This document shows positions 30,563-40,440 of a stretch of 64,000 nt of DNA, piece by piece. Made by a program: the position numbers and the translations under genes. The stretch spans positions 95,000-158,999 of the forward strand of contig PLMQ01000068.1 in assembly GCA_003142535.1 (NCBI GenBank), written 5' to 3'. The notes under the pieces are model-generated. The model was not told the origin of the DNA, made no database searches, and worked only from the letters and a program-made list of their open reading frames with translations. Position 1 is the first letter of the stretch; the number at the start of each line of letters is the position of its first letter. This DNA comes from Syntrophaceae bacterium (GTDB lineage Bacteria; Desulfobacterota; Syntrophia; Syntrophales; Smithellaceae).

Positions 30563-31576
30563 ATGAAAAGTGCACAAAAAATAATTTTTGGACTATTGTT
30601 TACATTAACTTTTCTTACTTCACCAGTTCAAAGCGAAGGATTGAAGAATGACAAATCGAATATTCCTACAGATAATAAAGACATCACAACCAGAGAACAA
30701 TTTTTAGGTCCTTTCAAATTAGGCGAACCAAAGAACGACGTAGTAAAGAAATTAGGAGAAGCTGGTTTAACAGATTCGGACAGAATGCTCTTTAAGGATA
30801 ATTGGACAGCTTGGATAGACCAAAAGAAAATGACCTTAAAAGGTCTTGCATATAGTGAACCTCTCGGGATTAAAGATGAATCTGCTTATCCAAAAACATC
30901 TAAGTCAATTACCATTGGTAGCAAATTAATTGAAGTGGCGCAGGTATATGGTAAGCCTGACTCAACTCTTACTGGGAAGTCACCATTTATCTTAAGGAAT
31001 AGTGAATTGTCTTTAATATATGTGCATTCAACAAAGGGATTATGGATAATTTTCTCCAATAGCAAGCCTTACAGCGGCACATATGATTGGAGGGTCATTA
31101 GTATTGCTATAGGCAATGAAGATGTAATAGAAAATATGGTTTACGGGTCACAGGCTTATGCTACAAAGCCAATAACACCTAGCAAGAAAAGTCATATTAT
31201 TAGCGACTATGAAAAAAAATATGGGAAAGAAAAGGAATTAGAAATCTTTGATGATTACATGTATGTACTTCAGGTAGCAATTTTTGACTATATAAAATCA
31301 ACTGGTGAGTATATTGTTACTCCGTTATTGATATTACCGAAAGATAAAGCAATTTTAAAAGAGTTTAATAGCAAGCTATCTGAAGATGGTCCATTGTCAA
31401 AGAAATTAGAAAGTCAGTCAAAAAAAGTTGTCATATTAAAGCATAACATCTCATTGGGCCATCTAGAACAAATAGTTAAAAGAGTAGAAAAGATCAAGGA
31501 TGAACTCGCTTCCGAGGAATTTGCAGATTACAACGCCATTTTGTTGAGACAAATACAACAAAAAAAGAAACCCTGA
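30563..31576 (+). CDS. Secreted hypothetical protein (AT-rich gene)
   Basis: 337 aa with an AGGAGG RBS and a signal peptide (LLFTLTFLTSPVQSE). I recognise no motif. It is visibly more AT-rich than its neighbours. Confidence 0.5.
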   Translation: MKSAQKIIFGLLFTLTFLTSPVQSEGLKNDKSNIPTDNKDITTREQFLGPFKLGEPKNDVVKKLGEAGLTDSDRMLFKDNWTAWIDQKKMTLKGLAYSEPLGIKDESAYPKTSKSITIGSKLIEVAQVYGKPDSTLTGKSPFILRNSELSLIYVHSTKGLWIIFSNSKPYSGTYDWRVISIAIGNEDVIENMVYGSQAYATKPITPSKKSHIISDYEKKYGKEKELEIFDDYMYVLQVAIFDYIKSTGEYIVTPLLILPKDKAILKEFNSKLSEDGPLSKKLESQSKKVVILKHNISLGHLEQIVKRVEKIKDELASEEFADYNAILLRQIQQKKKP

Positions 31577-31663
31577 TTTTTTGAAGGAAAAAGAGGGTCA
31601 AATCTTTGCTCTTAACATTTCAGGTTTGTAATTCCGCTAAGGCTAGCTATTCCTGACTTTCCG

Positions 31664-31731
31664 GTGGTTAACCACTTCTAACGTGACAAAAATAATGATT
31701 ATTCTTGACAATGGTTAACGTGTAAGTTAAC
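31664..31731. promoter_or_regulatory. Candidate operator: three GTTAAC-centred palindromes upstream of the XRE gene
   Basis: GTGGTTAACCAC lies at 31664-31675, and GTTAAC-N6-GTTAAC at 31714-31731. These overlap TTGACA (31705) and TATAAT (31733) hexamers. Confidence 0.3.
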
Positions 31732-31805
31732 ATATAATCATGCACAAATCTGTTGATGAAAAGTGTAGCTGCGCAGAAGATATTTTCTAAGCAGGAGGAA
31801 AAAAC

Positions 31806-32081
31806 ATGAGTGATCTTAAAAAATATATAGCAGATAGAAAAAAGAGGGATAAGAAATTTTCCGTGGGATTTGATGAAGGTTACGAACAGTTCAAAATCGG
31901 GGTTATGTTGCGTCAGGCAAGAGAGTCAGCAGGATTAACTCAAGATGAACTTGCGAGTCGGCTTAAAACAAAGAAAACGGCAATTTCAAGAATTGAAAAT
32001 CATGCCGAAGATATTAAGTTGTCAACATTAGAACGAGTTGCCAAAGCGCTGGGGAAACAATTGCAAGTTCACATTGCATAG
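31806..32081 (+). CDS. XRE-family helix-turn-helix protein (HigA-like antitoxin architecture)
   Basis: 91 aa with an AGGAGG RBS. The HTH reads LRQARESAGLTQDELASRLKTKKTAISRIEN. Confidence 0.8.
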   Translation: MSDLKKYIADRKKRDKKFSVGFDEGYEQFKIGVMLRQARESAGLTQDELASRLKTKKTAISRIENHAEDIKLSTLERVAKALGKQLQVHIA

Positions 32082-32146
32082 CAATAGTCAGGCCGCACGC
32101 CATCCGGCAAAAACATTTGACTGAAATTAAAACATATTTTTAAATT

Positions 32147-32752
32147 ATGAAAATTACTAGTGCGGAATTTGTGAAGAGCGCGGTTTGGCCGCCGCAGTAT
32201 CCCGAGGCGGTATTGCCGGAGATTGCCTTTGTGGGGCGATCGAATGTTGGCAAATCATCTTTAATCAATACACTGGTTGCCCGCAAGAATCTGGCCAAGA
32301 CCAGCAATACTCCTGGGCGCACCCAACTTATCAATTTTTTCACCATTAACGAAAAGCTCTCTTTTGTTGATTTGCCCGGCTATGGTTTTGCCAAAGTATC
32401 CCAATCAGTGAAGAAAGACTGGGGAGATATGATCGAAGCCTATCTTAAAGAACGCCAGAATCTTGCTTTGGTAATTTTTATTCTGGATATTCGCCGCAAT
32501 CCCAGCGTTGATGATTTAGCATTGCGCGATTGGCTGGAAAGCTACCGCCTGCCTTATTTATATATTCTGACCAAGGTTGATAAATTGTCTAATAATCAGG
32601 CGGCATCTCAAAGGCGCGCTATTGAAAAAGAATTGCGTGTATCCTCGGGAAAAACAATTCTTTTTTCGGCCAAAACGCAAAAAGGTAAAGATAAAATCTG
32701 GCAGGCGCTGGACGATCATCTGGCACGTCTTAAAGACCAAATACCGGACTGA
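32147..32752 (+). CDS. engB: Ribosome biogenesis GTPase YihA/EngB
   Basis: 201 aa. G1 is GRSNVGKSS, G3 is DLPGYG, G4 is TKVDK. Confidence 0.9.
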   Translation: MKITSAEFVKSAVWPPQYPEAVLPEIAFVGRSNVGKSSLINTLVARKNLAKTSNTPGRTQLINFFTINEKLSFVDLPGYGFAKVSQSVKKDWGDMIEAYLKERQNLALVIFILDIRRNPSVDDLALRDWLESYRLPYLYILTKVDKLSNNQAASQRRAIEKELRVSSGKTILFSAKTQKGKDKIWQALDDHLARLKDQIPD

Positions 32753-32976
32753 TTTTTCCCATCTATATCTCAGAATTAAACATGCACCATATAAATCCTG
32801 AACGGCGGTCACAATATTATCTGATATATTCGAAAGTTAGCAAAAGAATAGAGACAAAATGGTCATCTGCCCTTGACATGGTTATTAAATTATGTTAGCC
32901 CACGCAGTCTAGTCTGACATTGAATCAGACAGTTTTTTACCAAAGTGTTTACATAGAATTAACGAGGTGTAATTCA

Positions 32977-35900
32977 GTGCTGAAAGATAACGAAAAAGTT
33001 GGTGCAGTAATGGTTGTTGGCTCGGGAATCGCCGGTATTCAGGCGTCCCTCGATCTGGCCAATTCCGGAATGAAAGTATATCTGGTGGAAAATGGAATCA
33101 GCATCGGCGGTGTCATGGCCCAGCTCGATAAAACTTTCCCGACAAACGACTGTTCCGCCTGTATATTATCCCCGAAACTGGTGGAAGTCGGACGCCATCC
33201 CAATGTTGAAATAATGACTCGCCGTACGGTGGAATCAGTCGAGGGCGAACCCGGTCGCTTTAAAATAAAAATGACTCGCGCCCCGCGTTTTGTTAATCTC
33301 GATAAATGTACCGGCTGCGGTGATTGCGCCAATGTCTGCCCGGTTTCTGTTCCTTCCGAATTCAACGGCAATTTAAGTGAGAGAAAAGCGATCTACCGCC
33401 ATTTCCCGCAGGCGATTCCCAGCGGTTTTGCCATCGATAAACTGGGAACTTCTCCCTGTAAAGCCGGTTGCCCCACGCACATCAGCGTGCAGGGCTATGT
33501 GGCTCTCATTGCCGCCGGTAAATATAAAGAAGCTCTGAAACTTATTAAAAAGGATAACCCGTTCCCGTCAGTTTGCGGACGTGTTTGTAATCATCCCTGC
33601 GAAGCAGCCTGCAAAAGAGGCGAGGTCGAGCAGCCGATTGACATCATGCACTTAAAGCAGTTTGTGGCTGATATGGATTTAAATGATGCAGAGAAATTTA
33701 TCCCGGAAATAAAAGAAAAGAAAAATAAGAAAGTGGCGATTATCGGCGCCGGCCCGGCCGGTCTTTCCGCCGCTTATTATCTGGCCATCGAAGGCTATGA
33801 TATTGAAGTATTTGAAGCACTGCCCGTTGCTGGTGGTTGGCTCACCGTCGGTATTCCCGAATATCGTCTGCCGAAAAACATCATCAACGCCGAAATCAAG
33901 ATTATTGAGGCATTGGGCGTTAAGATCAAATTGAACACCCGAGTCGGCAAAGATATTACGCTCGATCAACTCAAAAAGAATTATGACGCCGTATTCATCG
34001 GCTGCGGTTCACATATCAGCTCCAAACTGGACATTCCCGGCGAGGATTTGCAAGGCGTCATTCATGGTATTGATTATTTAAAGAAGGTAAATCTTGGCGA
34101 CAAAGTATTCCTGGGCAACCGTGTTGCCGTAGTCGGCGGCGGTAACGTCGCGATGGATGCAGTGCGCACGGCAGTCAGAACAGGCTCGAAGGAAGTTTTC
34201 ATTCTCTATCGCCGGACACGCGCCGAAATGCCTGCAGCTCCGGAAGAAATTGAAGAAGCGCTCGAAGAAGGAATCAAGATGGAATTTCTGGCGGCACCGG
34301 TGCGAATTATCGGTAAAGACGGCAAAGTCTCCGCCATCGAATGCCTCCGTATGGAATTAGGCGAGCCCGATGCCAGTGGCCGCCGTCGTCCTGTCCCCGT
34401 TAAAGGTTCCGAATTTAAAATCGCAGTTGACGCCATTGTTCCGGCTATCGGCCAGGCCAACGAGTTATCCTTTATCAGCAAAGAATCTGGTGTTGCCATT
34501 AATAAATGGAATAACATAGATACTGATGCGGTTACCTTTGCGACAAGCGTTCCCGGCATTTTCGCCGGCGGCGACGTAGTCACCGGCCCGGCAACGGCGG
34601 TTAAGGCTATTAATGCCGGTAAAGAAGCTGCAATTTCGATTGATCTTTATCTGAAAGGCGAGGATATCCAAGCTGGTCGCGCCCATGACTGGACCAAAGG
34701 ATTGGCAGATCAGGCCGACACCAAGAATGTCAAAAAAGTGAAGAGAATTCATTATCCTTTGATGGATTCCGAAGAAAGAAGAACAAACTTCAAAGAAGTT
34801 GGTCTGGGTTTCACCGAAGAGCAGGCGAAAGCCGAAGCCGCGCGCTGTCTTTCCTGCGGTATCTGTTCCGAATGTTATCAATGCGTTGATGCCTGTATTG
34901 CCAAAGCCATCGACCACAATATGACATTTGAAGAAGAAACAATTGAAGTCGGTGCCGTTATCGCTTCACCGGGTTTTGAAATATTCGACGCCCGGCTGCG
35001 CGGCGAATACGGTTACGGCATTTATAAAAATGTTGTCTCCAGTATTCAGTTTGAACGTATTCTGTCTGCTTCCGGTCCTTTCTTCGGCCATGTGCAGAGA
35101 ATTTCCGACGGCAAAGAGCCCAAGAAGATCGCTTTCATTCAGTGCGTCGGTTCCCGCGATACATCCTGCGATAACAGTTGGTGTTCATCGGTTTGCTGTA
35201 TGTATGCCACCAAGGAAGCGATTATCGGCAAGGAACACGCCAAAGGGTTGGAACCAACAATTTTCTACATGGACATTCGCGCGCACGGCAAGGATTTCGA
35301 CCGCTTTGTCAATCGCGCCAAAGATGAATACGGCATCCGTTATATCCGCTCGATGCCTTCGGCAATCAAGGAATTGCAGCAGAGCAATAATCTGCTCATG
35401 ACTTATGTTTCGCAGGACGGCAAATTAATCGAAGAAGAATTTGATATGGTTGTTCTTTCCGTGGGACTCACGCCGCCCAAAGATTCTAAAAAGATCTCCT
35501 CCAGTCTTGGCATTGAGCTTGAAGAACACGGCTTCTGCAAGACTTCTTTGGAAAACCCTGTGCAGACCTCGCGTCCCGGAGTTTTCGTCTGCGGAGCATT
35601 CGGCGGTCCCAAAGATATTCCCGAAACGGTTATGGAAGCCAGCGCTGCTGCCGCCTGCGCGGAAGGATTGTTGGCAGCCAAACGCGGCACGCTGACAATC
35701 GCCGAGGAAGTACCGGAGGAAAAAGATTTGCGTGGCCAGGCAGTACGCACCGGTGTTTTTGTCTGCCATTGCGGTATCAATATCGGCGGCGTTGTGAACG
35801 TTCCTTCCGTCAGAGATTATGCGGCAACCTTGCCGACAGTTGTTTACACTGCGGACAATCTTTTCACCTGCTCACAGGATACAGCCGTAAAAATGGGTGA

Positions 35901-37404
35901 AGTTATCAAGGAACAAAATTTAACCAGAGTTGTCGTGGCCTCCTGTTCACCGCGTACGCATGAAGGCCTGTTTCAGGAAAACTGTGAAAAGGCCGGTCTC
36001 AACAGGTATCTATTTGAGATGGCCAACATCCGCGATCAGGATTCCTGGGTGCATATGCATGAGCCGGAAGCGGCAACGCAAAAAGCCAAAGATTTAGTGC
36101 GAATGGCTGTAGCCAAGGCGCAATATTTAAAACCGCTGAAGCCCGGTCAGCTTTCCGTCAATCACGCGGCTTTGATTATCGGCGGCGGCTTGGCCGGTAT
36201 GACAGCGGCGCTTTCTCTGGCTGATCAGGGTTTTGCTTCTTATATCGTCGAAAAAGAAGATCAACTGGGCGGCAATTACCGTTATTTATATAAAACTCTC
36301 GAAGGGCTAGATACCCGAAAGCATCTAAAGGCGCTTTTGGAAAAGGTTTATAAAAATCCATTAATCACAGTAGCCACAAGCGCTCAGATTAAGAAAATCG
36401 ACGGCTTCATCGGTAATTACAAAACAACCGTGCAGGCCAAAGATGGTGAAAAAGTATTCGAACACGGTATTGTGATTGTCGCTACAGGTGCTTATGAAAA
36501 TAAGCCGAAAGAATATCTCTACGGTCAGAACGCCAAAGTTAAAACACAAAGAGAACTGGAAAGCTTGATTTACGAGAAGTCGGCCAGCTTGGCGTCGGCG
36601 AAAAATATTGTCATGATTCAGTGCGTCGGTTCCCGCGATAAAGAGAGGCCCTATTGCAGCCGTTATTGTTGCAGCGAAGCCGTTAAGAATGCTCTGGAAT
36701 TAAAAGCTGCTGATCCTTCGCGTGATATCACCATCATTTATCGGGATATCCGCACGTTTGCTTTCAAGGAAGATTATTACAAACAGGCGCGCGAGGCGAA
36801 TATAAAATTTATCTCTTATGAAGAGGACAGAAAGCCGGAAGTTGTCGCGGCTGGCGATAAGATAACGGTAAAGGTTCTGGATCCGATTCTCAATGAAGTC
36901 GTCAGCCTGCCCGCTGATATCGTGGCCTTGAGTGTTGGCGTTGTGCCGAATCCGGAAAACGCCGCAATCGGCCAGATGCTAAAGGTGCCAACCAATCAGG
37001 ACGGTTTCTTCCTCGAAGCGCACGTTAAATTGCGCCCGGTTGATTTCCAGACGGATGGCGTATTTATGTGCGGTATGGCGCATTCGCCGAAGTTCAGCGA
37101 TGAATCTGTCACGCAGGCCAATGCGGCGGTATCGCGCGCCTGTACAATTCTGACCCAAGATTTCATCGAGGCGGAAGGAAAGACGGCTTATGTCAACAAA
37201 GAGCGCTGTTCGGCTTGTGGGCTTTGTGAAATTAACTGTCCGTTCAGTGCAATTATGGTTAATGTCAACGAAGGTTGTGCTGAAGTCAATGCCGTCCTTT
37301 GCAAAGGCTGCGGTGTCTGCACGGCATCCTGCCGTATGAACGCCGTGGATTTGAACGGCTTTAACAACGAAGAAGTATTAGCTCAAATTGAGACAATAAA
37401 TTAA
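32977..37404 (+). CDS. hdrA: Giant tandem HdrA-like flavoprotein with inserted NfnB/GltD-like NAD(P)H module
   Basis: I place the start at GTG 32977 (GAGGTG RBS 7 nt upstream); the ORF is open from 32920. HdrA unit 1 carries VVGSGIAGIQASLDLA..DKTFPTNDCSACIL. Inserted into it are a GltD-type Cys cluster (CGRVCNHPCEAAC) and two Rossmann folds (IIGAGPAGL, VVGGGNVAMD). Unit 1 then resumes (IQCVGSRD..CSSVCCMYATK). A complete second HdrA follows (VFVCHCGINIGG, IIGGGLAGM, IQCVGSRD..CSRYCCSEA, C-terminal 2x CxxCxxCxxxC). Confidence 0.85.
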   Translation: MLKDNEKVGAVMVVGSGIAGIQASLDLANSGMKVYLVENGISIGGVMAQLDKTFPTNDCSACILSPKLVEVGRHPNVEIMTRRTVESVEGEPGRFKIKMTRAPRFVNLDKCTGCGDCANVCPVSVPSEFNGNLSERKAIYRHFPQAIPSGFAIDKLGTSPCKAGCPTHISVQGYVALIAAGKYKEALKLIKKDNPFPSVCGRVCNHPCEAACKRGEVEQPIDIMHLKQFVADMDLNDAEKFIPEIKEKKNKKVAIIGAGPAGLSAAYYLAIEGYDIEVFEALPVAGGWLTVGIPEYRLPKNIINAEIKIIEALGVKIKLNTRVGKDITLDQLKKNYDAVFIGCGSHISSKLDIPGEDLQGVIHGIDYLKKVNLGDKVFLGNRVAVVGGGNVAMDAVRTAVRTGSKEVFILYRRTRAEMPAAPEEIEEALEEGIKMEFLAAPVRIIGKDGKVSAIECLRMELGEPDASGRRRPVPVKGSEFKIAVDAIVPAIGQANELSFISKESGVAINKWNNIDTDAVTFATSVPGIFAGGDVVTGPATAVKAINAGKEAAISIDLYLKGEDIQAGRAHDWTKGLADQADTKNVKKVKRIHYPLMDSEERRTNFKEVGLGFTEEQAKAEAARCLSCGICSECYQCVDACIAKAIDHNMTFEEETIEVGAVIASPGFEIFDARLRGEYGYGIYKNVVSSIQFERILSASGPFFGHVQRISDGKEPKKIAFIQCVGSRDTSCDNSWCSSVCCMYATKEAIIGKEHAKGLEPTIFYMDIRAHGKDFDRFVNRAKDEYGIRYIRSMPSAIKELQQSNNLLMTYVSQDGKLIEEEFDMVVLSVGLTPPKDSKKISSSLGIELEEHGFCKTSLENPVQTSRPGVFVCGAFGGPKDIPETVMEASAAAACAEGLLAAKRGTLTIAEEVPEEKDLRGQAVRTGVFVCHCGINIGGVVNVPSVRDYAATLPTVVYTADNLFTCSQDTAVKMGEVIKEQNLTRVVVASCSPRTHEGLFQENCEKAGLNRYLFEMANIRDQDSWVHMHEPEAATQKAKDLVRMAVAKAQYLKPLKPGQLSVNHAALIIGGGLAGMTAALSLADQGFASYIVEKEDQLGGNYRYLYKTLEGLDTRKHLKALLEKVYKNPLITVATSAQIKKIDGFIGNYKTTVQAKDGEKVFEHGIVIVATGAYENKPKEYLYGQNAKVKTQRELESLIYEKSASLASAKNIVMIQCVGSRDKERPYCSRYCCSEAVKNALELKAADPSRDITIIYRDIRTFAFKEDYYKQAREANIKFISYEEDRKPEVVAAGDKITVKVLDPILNEVVSLPADIVALSVGVVPNPENAAIGQMLKVPTNQDGFFLEAHVKLRPVDFQTDGVFMCGMAHSPKFSDESVTQANAAVSRACTILTQDFIEAEGKTAYVNKERCSACGLCEINCPFSAIMVNVNEGCAEVNAVLCKGCGVCTASCRMNAVDLNGFNNEEVLAQIETIN

Positions 37405-37444
37405 GAAAAGCGGTGCGATGATCGCGTCGTGTGATGGAGCATGT

Positions 37445-37885
37445 ATGGCGGAAAATTTGGCAAAAGAAAGTTGGGAACCGAAAATTGTTGCGATCGTCTG
37501 CAATTGGTGCACTTACGCCGGAGCGGATCTGGCGGGCATCAGTAGAATTCAGTATCCGCCCAATGTGAGAATTATTCGTGTTCCCTGCACCGGCAGGATT
37601 AATCCTTTTTACATCGTGAAAGCGCTGCAAGGCGGAGCCGACGGAGTTCTGGTTTCCGGTTGTCATCCCGGCGAGTGCCATTACATAACAGGGAATTTAG
37701 TCGCCCGCCGCAAGTTTGCCACATTAAAACGTTTTCTGAATTACATCGGCCTCGAAGGCGACAGAACAATGTTTACCTGGGTTTCCGCCTCCGAAGGCGA
37801 CCGCTTTGCGCAAGTCATCAGAGGTGTGACCGCCAAGGTTAAAGCTCTGGGGCCGGCAAAAAAAATGCTCAAGAAAATTGGTTAA
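37445..37885 (+). CDS. mvhD: MvhD/FlxD-like iron-sulfur protein (methyl-viologen-reducing hydrogenase delta-subunit family)
   Basis: I place the start at ATG 37445 with a GGAG RBS. The stretch IVAIVCNWCTYAGADLAG...RVPCTGRINP...GADGVLVSGCHPGECHY is characteristic of the family. Confidence 0.85.
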   Translation: MAENLAKESWEPKIVAIVCNWCTYAGADLAGISRIQYPPNVRIIRVPCTGRINPFYIVKALQGGADGVLVSGCHPGECHYITGNLVARRKFATLKRFLNYIGLEGDRTMFTWVSASEGDRFAQVIRGVTAKVKALGPAKKMLKKIG

Positions 37886-37918
37886 TTGGGAAAATAGATT
37901 ATAGACGGGGAATCAATA

Positions 37919-38926
37919 GTGGAAAACATCGATACGAAATTACGAGAAGTTGCTAAAAGGCTGCTTTTGGAAAAGAAGGTTGACGTCATTATCGGCTATG
38001 AAAAAGGAACGCTGCCCATGACGGCAACACCTTGCTTTGTATCCACAGAGGCGGAAGCCGACAAGTTGGTATTTAATGACCTCTGCACGCAGAATTTAGC
38101 CAAATTTGTGCATGACCTGATAACTAATCATAAGAATTCGCAAAAGCGCGTCAAACCGGAAGACCGCAAAAAGAAGATTATCGGCGTTGTCGCCCGCGGT
38201 TGCACAACCCGCTCTCTCATTATTCATTTACAGGAGAGGCAGTATGGCCGCGATGAAGTCTATATCATCGGCGTGCCCTGTGAGGGGTATGTGGATAGAA
38301 AAAATCTGGCGAAGAGTTTGCAGCAGGCCGAAATACTGGATGGAACTATTGAAGGCGGACAATTGAAAATAAAAACAGCAGCGGGCGATAAGACAGTTGC
38401 TTTTAAGGACGTGATTGCTCCCAATTGCGTAGTCTGCCGTTTTAATAATCCGATTATCTCCGATATTATGATTGGCTCTCCGGCTCCGGCCATGAACCCT
38501 GATAATGAATACAGCAAAATTAACGAATTTGAGAAAAAATCTATTGAAGAGCGCTGGGCGTATTTTACCAAAGAAATGGAAAAGTGCATCCGCTGTAACG
38601 CCTGCCGTCAGGCTTGCCCTTCCTGCTACTGCCCGACTTGCTTTGTGGAGCAGAGTCAACCACAATGGGTAGGCATCGGCGAGGATAAGACCGATACGCA
38701 GGTATTTCAATGCATGCGCCTGTACCACATGGTTGGTCGCTGCGTGGATTGTGGGTCGTGCATTTCCGTTTGCCCGATGGGTGTTGACCTGCGCAATTAT
38801 TTGAAAAAGATAGATAAAGATTGTGTTGAATTATTCGGCAGCCGCGCCGGTTCTTCGATGGAAGACATGCCGCCGCTGGGCAAATACAGTGAACAGGATA
38901 AAGAAGATTTTATCTTCAACCCATAA
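37919..38926 (+). CDS. Fe-S oxidoreductase subunit (FlxC-like), paralog of 51588..52451
   Basis: 335 aa with a GTG start. Cys motifs: CIRCNACRQACPSCYCPTCF and CVDCGSCISVCP. The assignment to FlxC rests on context only. Confidence 0.55.
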   Translation: MENIDTKLREVAKRLLLEKKVDVIIGYEKGTLPMTATPCFVSTEAEADKLVFNDLCTQNLAKFVHDLITNHKNSQKRVKPEDRKKKIIGVVARGCTTRSLIIHLQERQYGRDEVYIIGVPCEGYVDRKNLAKSLQQAEILDGTIEGGQLKIKTAAGDKTVAFKDVIAPNCVVCRFNNPIISDIMIGSPAPAMNPDNEYSKINEFEKKSIEERWAYFTKEMEKCIRCNACRQACPSCYCPTCFVEQSQPQWVGIGEDKTDTQVFQCMRLYHMVGRCVDCGSCISVCPMGVDLRNYLKKIDKDCVELFGSRAGSSMEDMPPLGKYSEQDKEDFIFNP

Positions 38927-38952
38927 TTAGTTTGAGTAAAGAAAAGGTGAAT

Positions 38953-39480
38953 ATGGAAACTTTTTTGGAAGAAGTAAATAAGAAAATAGACGGCGTGCCG
39001 ATTCAGCGCTGTTATCACTGCCGCAAGTGCACCGCGGGTTGCCCTGTTGCTTCTCACATGGAATACAACCCCAATAAGGTTGTCAAGATGATTCAAAACG
39101 GCAAGCGCGAGGAAGTGCTCAAAAGCTCAACAATCTGGCTTTGTCTTTCCTGTGAGACCTGCATTACCCGCTGCCCCAATCAGGTGGATATTGCCCGGAT
39201 GATGGATGTACTGCGGCAGATGGCAATCGAATCTGGAGCCGGTGCTCGCGAGAAGAATGTTTTGAAGTTCCATAAAGCATTCCTTGCCGGAATTAAGCGT
39301 GGCGGGCGTATCAATGAACCAATGATGATGGCTGAGTATAAACTCACGTCGGGAGATCTTTTCTCGGACGTTCTTATGGCGCCGGGTATGTTCCTGAAAG
39401 GAAAGCTGTCGCTTCTGTCTCCGCGGACCAAGGATATGAAATCGCTTAAAAGTATTTTTGAGAAAACAAAAAGTATATAA
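38953..39480 (+). CDS. hdrC: Heterodisulfide reductase subunit C-like
   Basis: I prefer ATG 38953 (AAGGTG RBS); the ORF is open from TTG 38932. Two motifs are present: CYHCRKCTAGCP and CLSCETCITRCP. Confidence 0.8.
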   Translation: METFLEEVNKKIDGVPIQRCYHCRKCTAGCPVASHMEYNPNKVVKMIQNGKREEVLKSSTIWLCLSCETCITRCPNQVDIARMMDVLRQMAIESGAGAREKNVLKFHKAFLAGIKRGGRINEPMMMAEYKLTSGDLFSDVLMAPGMFLKGKLSLLSPRTKDMKSLKSIFEKTKSI

Positions 39481-39555
39481 TGGTAAAATTGTTTCGTGTC
39501 GAACCATAGCTGGTTTGATATTGAGAAGTAACAAGCATAAAAGGAGGCTACTCTC

Positions 39556-40404
39556 TTGAAAGTTTCATATTATCCGGGCTGCTCACTACACGCGACGGGA
39601 AAAGAATATGATCAATCCATGAAAGCGGTCAGCCGCGCGCTGGGTATTGAATTAAAAGAAGTTGAAGACTGGTCCTGTTGCGGAGCATCATCGGCGCACA
39701 GCACCAATTTTGATCTGTCTATTGCTTTATCTGCCCGTAATCTGATTGCCGCGGAGAAGAACGCCATGGATGTCATGGTTCCCTGTGCTGCATGTTTTAA
39801 TCGTTTCAAAATGGCCGAACATCAGTTGAAGGCCAATAAGGAACTGAAATCAAAAATTGAAGGTGTTGTGGGTGCCAAATATCAGGGCGGCATCGCGATC
39901 CGCAATCCCATTGATATCATCTATAATGAGATCGGTGTGGATGCGCTGGCGGCAAAAGTTGCTAAACAGCTTGCCGGATTGAAACCAGTCTCTTATTACG
40001 GCTGTTTATTGCTCCGTCCGCCGGAGGTTTGCGAATTTGAAAATTACGAAAATCCGTACATGCTCGACAAGATATTAGGCGTGCTGGGTGCTGATGTTCG
40101 CAACTGGTCTTATAAAACTGATTGCTGCGGTGGATCTCTGGCCATCAGTAAAACGAAAATTGTTGTGGGCATGGTGGATAAGTTGATGAAGGCGGCGAAG
40201 GAAGCAGGCGCCAACTGTGTAGTTACAGCCTGTCCGCTTTGTATGGCCAATTTGGATATGCGTCCCAGCAAAAAATACAAATTGCCGGTTTTTTATTTTA
40301 CAGAATTGATTTCTCTGGCACTTGGTGTGGAAGGGGCGAAGGACACTTTCAAATCGCATATCTTTGATCCACAGCCACTGCTGAGAGAGTTAAAGCTTAT
40401 TTAA
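39556..40404 (+). CDS. hdrB: Heterodisulfide reductase subunit B-like (two CCG domains)
   Basis: 282 aa with a TTG start and an AAGGAGG RBS. Motifs: YYPGCS, WSCCGAS, VPCAACF, YYGC, TDCCGGSL, TACPLC. Confidence 0.85.
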   Translation: MKVSYYPGCSLHATGKEYDQSMKAVSRALGIELKEVEDWSCCGASSAHSTNFDLSIALSARNLIAAEKNAMDVMVPCAACFNRFKMAEHQLKANKELKSKIEGVVGAKYQGGIAIRNPIDIIYNEIGVDALAAKVAKQLAGLKPVSYYGCLLLRPPEVCEFENYENPYMLDKILGVLGADVRNWSYKTDCCGGSLAISKTKIVVGMVDKLMKAAKEAGANCVVTACPLCMANLDMRPSKKYKLPVFYFTELISLALGVEGAKDTFKSHIFDPQPLLRELKLI

Positions 40405-40440
40405 TTTTTTACATAACGAAATTCTTTATTAGGAAAAAAT

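Noticed and set aside
31705-31738. TTGACA ... TATAAT as a consensus sigma-70 promoter for the XRE gene.
   Set aside because: The hexamers are 22 nt apart, outside the functional 16-18 nt range. I kept this only as part of a possible operator region.
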